24,000 nucleotides of DNA from Photobacterium gaetbulicola Gung47 (lineage in GTDB: Bacteria > Pseudomonadota > Gammaproteobacteria > Enterobacterales > Vibrionaceae). The stretch is taken from positions 112,229 to 136,228 of the forward strand of contig CP005973.1 of the NCBI GenBank assembly GCA_000940995.1. Reading direction: 5' to 3'. The position numbers were made by a program, and so were the translations under genes. Below, in pieces: positions 22,231-24,000 of this stretch (position 1 is its first letter; each line of letters opens with the position of its first letter). Below the pieces are notes generated by a model. That model worked only from the letters and a program-made list of their open reading frames with translations, had not been told where the DNA came from and ran no database searches.

Positions 22231-22722
22231 ATGAACTCCAGCCATAAACTTCAGATCATTGATCTTATCCTTGACGATCTACAGCAAGCCTACCATGGGG
22301 CTATGCATGCCGCTGATCAGGCACATAGTGCCGCGACAGACGATCAGAGTGTGGCGGAAACCCAGTACGATACGTTGGCGATTGAGGCGGCTTACCTAGC
22401 CCACGGACAGTCACAGCGAGTTGCCGAGTGTCTGGCAGATATCAATGCTTATGATAAATTGAAAGCGGCGCTGCCAAAGTCATTAGATGAAATCGTATTG
22501 GGGTGCCTGATCCATCTTCTTGATGAAGACGACAATGATAAGTGGATTTTCTTTGGGCCTGCGGCGGGAGGTATCAAGCTGAAGCTTGAAAACCATGAGG
22601 TCGTTGTCGTCACGCCGTCATCACCATTGGGCGAAGCGCTGCTGGGGTTGACGCTTGGCGAAGAGGCTGAAGTCCATATTGGCGGCAAGGTTGTTTTCTA
22701 TGAGGTAGAAGCTATCTACTGA
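22231..22722 (+). CDS. GreA/GreB-family protein (C-terminal Gre domain with a helical N-terminal part)
   Basis: 163 aa. The C-terminal VVTPSSPLGEALLGLTLGEEAEVHIGG matches the GreA/GreB C-domain motif (SP.G.ALLG...G....V). The N-terminal half is predicted helical and acidic. Confidence 0.75.
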   Translation: MNSSHKLQIIDLILDDLQQAYHGAMHAADQAHSAATDDQSVAETQYDTLAIEAAYLAHGQSQRVAECLADINAYDKLKAALPKSLDEIVLGCLIHLLDEDDNDKWIFFGPAAGGIKLKLENHEVVVVTPSSPLGEALLGLTLGEEAEVHIGGKVVFYEVEAIY

Positions 22723-22754
22723 TAGTGGGTGCTGACTACCAATGAGATAAAAAT

Positions 22755-22780
22755 AAAGGGGGAAGTGTGATTCCCCCTTT
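22755..22780. terminator. Bidirectional intrinsic terminator
   Basis: AAAGGGGGAA (22755-22764) pairs perfectly with TTCCCCCTTT (22771-22780) around a 6-nt loop, with A/T-rich flanks on both sides. It lies between convergent genes. Confidence 0.8.
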
Positions 22781-22803
22781 ATTTAAATCATATCCGACTT
22801 TTA

Positions 22804-24000
22804 TTAAGCTTTCGGCTCTTGTTCGGGATCGGCCATACTGAGTAATGAACGGTTTGGGGTATCCATCATCTCGTCGTACAGTGCCACCGTCTCTTTGAAC
22901 TGTCCTTTTTCTTTACTCGGTACCGAAGACGCCATTGGAATATTGGCGGTCATTGGGTTAACGGCACGGTTACGGATCAGGAATTCATAATGGATGTGTG
23001 GTCCGGTAACCCGGCCCGTTGCACCGGCCAGGGCAATACGCTGGCCGCGTGAAACTTTCTGTCCCTTGCGCACCAGGATCTTGCTGTTGTGCAAATAGCG
23101 GGTACGGTAGTTGGTACCGTGCTGGATCACCACATATCTACCCGCGTAAGGATGGTTGACCACTTGGGTGACCACGCCATCGCCCGTAGCAATTACTGGC
23201 GTACCTGTTGGGGTGGCAAAGTCAACACCGTTGTGCGGCGACACGCGACCAGTTACAGGGTGACGGCGCTTAGGGTTGAAGTTTGAACTGATCCGGTAGG
23301 TGCGGCTGCGTTCATAAGGGTAGCGCAGGAACGCACGCTGCAGGCTCTCGCCTTTTGCATCGTAGAAGTTACCATCGCTGTGTAGGTAAGCTGTTGTTGC
23401 CCGGCCGCGGCTATGGATACGAATTGCACGTAATTCATGCTGACCGGTGACTTGGGCATCGACCGACTGGCGCGAGACAACCACTTCGAATTTGTCCCCG
23501 GCGCGGATATCACGGGAGAAGTTAAGCTTTTCCTTTAGCAGGCTGGTGATCTCATAAATCTCTGTTGCGTTTAAGCCGGCTTTCTGGGCTGAGACCGAGA
23601 AACTGCCGTGGATTTCGCCACTGGCGATGATATCTTCCCAATCACCCGGAATATTGACTTCTTCAAGCTCAAAACCATTATCTTCTACCCGCTGGTAGGC
23701 GACTTTTTGAGCAATGTTGAATTCCAGTTCTAAGCGATTCAGGCGCTTTTCTGCCGAATTGACCCAAAAACGCAAAGTATTGCCCGGTTGTAGGGTATCA
23801 ATCTTCAAATGGTTGAGATCGGCTTCCTGCAACTCTTGGATCGTCCGTAGAGGAATGTTTAGCCGGGAGAAAATTTGGCTAAGCGTATCACCTTTCTGGA
23901 TGGTATAGGCATAGCGCGGCGGTTCATAGACGGGCTGATCAGCAAGATCGCTGGGTGCCCACGGGGTGGAGTTGACCGCAAGGTTAAGTGGAACCGTGCG
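22804..24000 (-). CDS. mepM: Murein DD-endopeptidase MepM/YebA-like (LysM/OapA-like segment plus M23 peptidase domain); 5' end outside the window
   Basis: The track begins at an internal TTG (23832), but the frame stays open to position 24000. Hand translation of the upstream part: RTVPLNLAVNSTPWAPSDLADQPVYEPPRYAYTIQKGDTLSQIFSRLNIPLRTIQEL.... M23 motifs FRISSNFNP.RRHPVTGRV.PH.GVDFA.P.GTPV and TGPH.HYE match E. coli MepM as recalled. Confidence 0.9.
   Translation of the reverse strand, partial: RTVPLNLAVNSTPWAPSDLADQPVYEPPRYAYTIQKGDTLSQIFSRLNIPLRTIQELQEADLNHLKIDTLQPGNTLRFWVNSAEKRLNRLELEFNIAQKVAYQRVEDNGFELEEVNIPGDWEDIIASGEIHGSFSVSAQKAGLNATEIYEITSLLKEKLNFSRDIRAGDKFEVVVSRQSVDAQVTGQHELRAIRIHSRGRATTAYLHSDGNFYDAKGESLQRAFLRYPYERSRTYRISSNFNPKRRHPVTGRVSPHNGVDFATPTGTPVIATGDGVVTQVVNHPYAGRYVVIQHGTNYRTRYLHNSKILVRKGQKVSRGQRIALAGATGRVTGPHIHYEFLIRNRAVNPMTANIPMASSVPSKEKGQFKETVALYDEMMDTPNRSLLSMADPEQEPKA

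Overview
This window reads as chromosomal DNA from a gammaproteobacterium. The gene families suggest a marine or Vibrionaceae-like lineage, but I cannot confirm that without a database search. All family calls come from reading the translations and from memory of E. coli homologues. No search was run.

Gene content, left to right:
- A partial Crp/Fnr-type regulator, divergent from a cytoplasmic Ntn (choloylglycine/penicillin V acylase family) hydrolase.
- A complete ebg locus on the minus strand: ebgR, ebgA, ebgC, then two tandem diverged YgjI/YjeM-type APC permeases. It sits next to ygjH, as in E. coli K-12.
- ygjH, tightly linked to a DUF925-like nucleotidyltransferase.
- A divergent pair of a quinone oxidoreductase and a LysR regulator.
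- A DUF4382-like lipoprotein.
- A stretch that looks AT-richer by eye, with small genes: an unknown 79-aa protein, DUF3303, the TIGR02450 Trp-rich protein and a PHD-like 2OG-Fe(II) oxygenase.
- An envelope-protein group: a secreted DUF218-like protein, a DUF3943/beta-barrel outer-membrane protein and an M28 lipoprotein peptidase.
- An orphan melR homologue, a GreA/GreB-family protein and a partial mepM (M23 endopeptidase).

I see no CRISPR array, tRNA or rRNA gene, transposase, integrase, integron-type repeat or recognisable defence system, and I cannot point to a convincing new multi-gene system.

Items most worth follow-up:
- The amino-acid-type permease pair attached to ebgAC, with unusual intercistronic hairpins.
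- A 21-bp palindromic operator whose half-site recurs in front of ygjH.
- The ygjH plus nucleotidyltransferase operon.
- The adjacency of the Trp-rich protein and the prolyl-hydroxylase-like gene, behind a structured 281-bp spacer.
- A promoter-to-terminator unit that looks like an sRNA of about 100 nt upstream of melR.
- A short aminoacyl-tRNA-synthetase-like gene relic.
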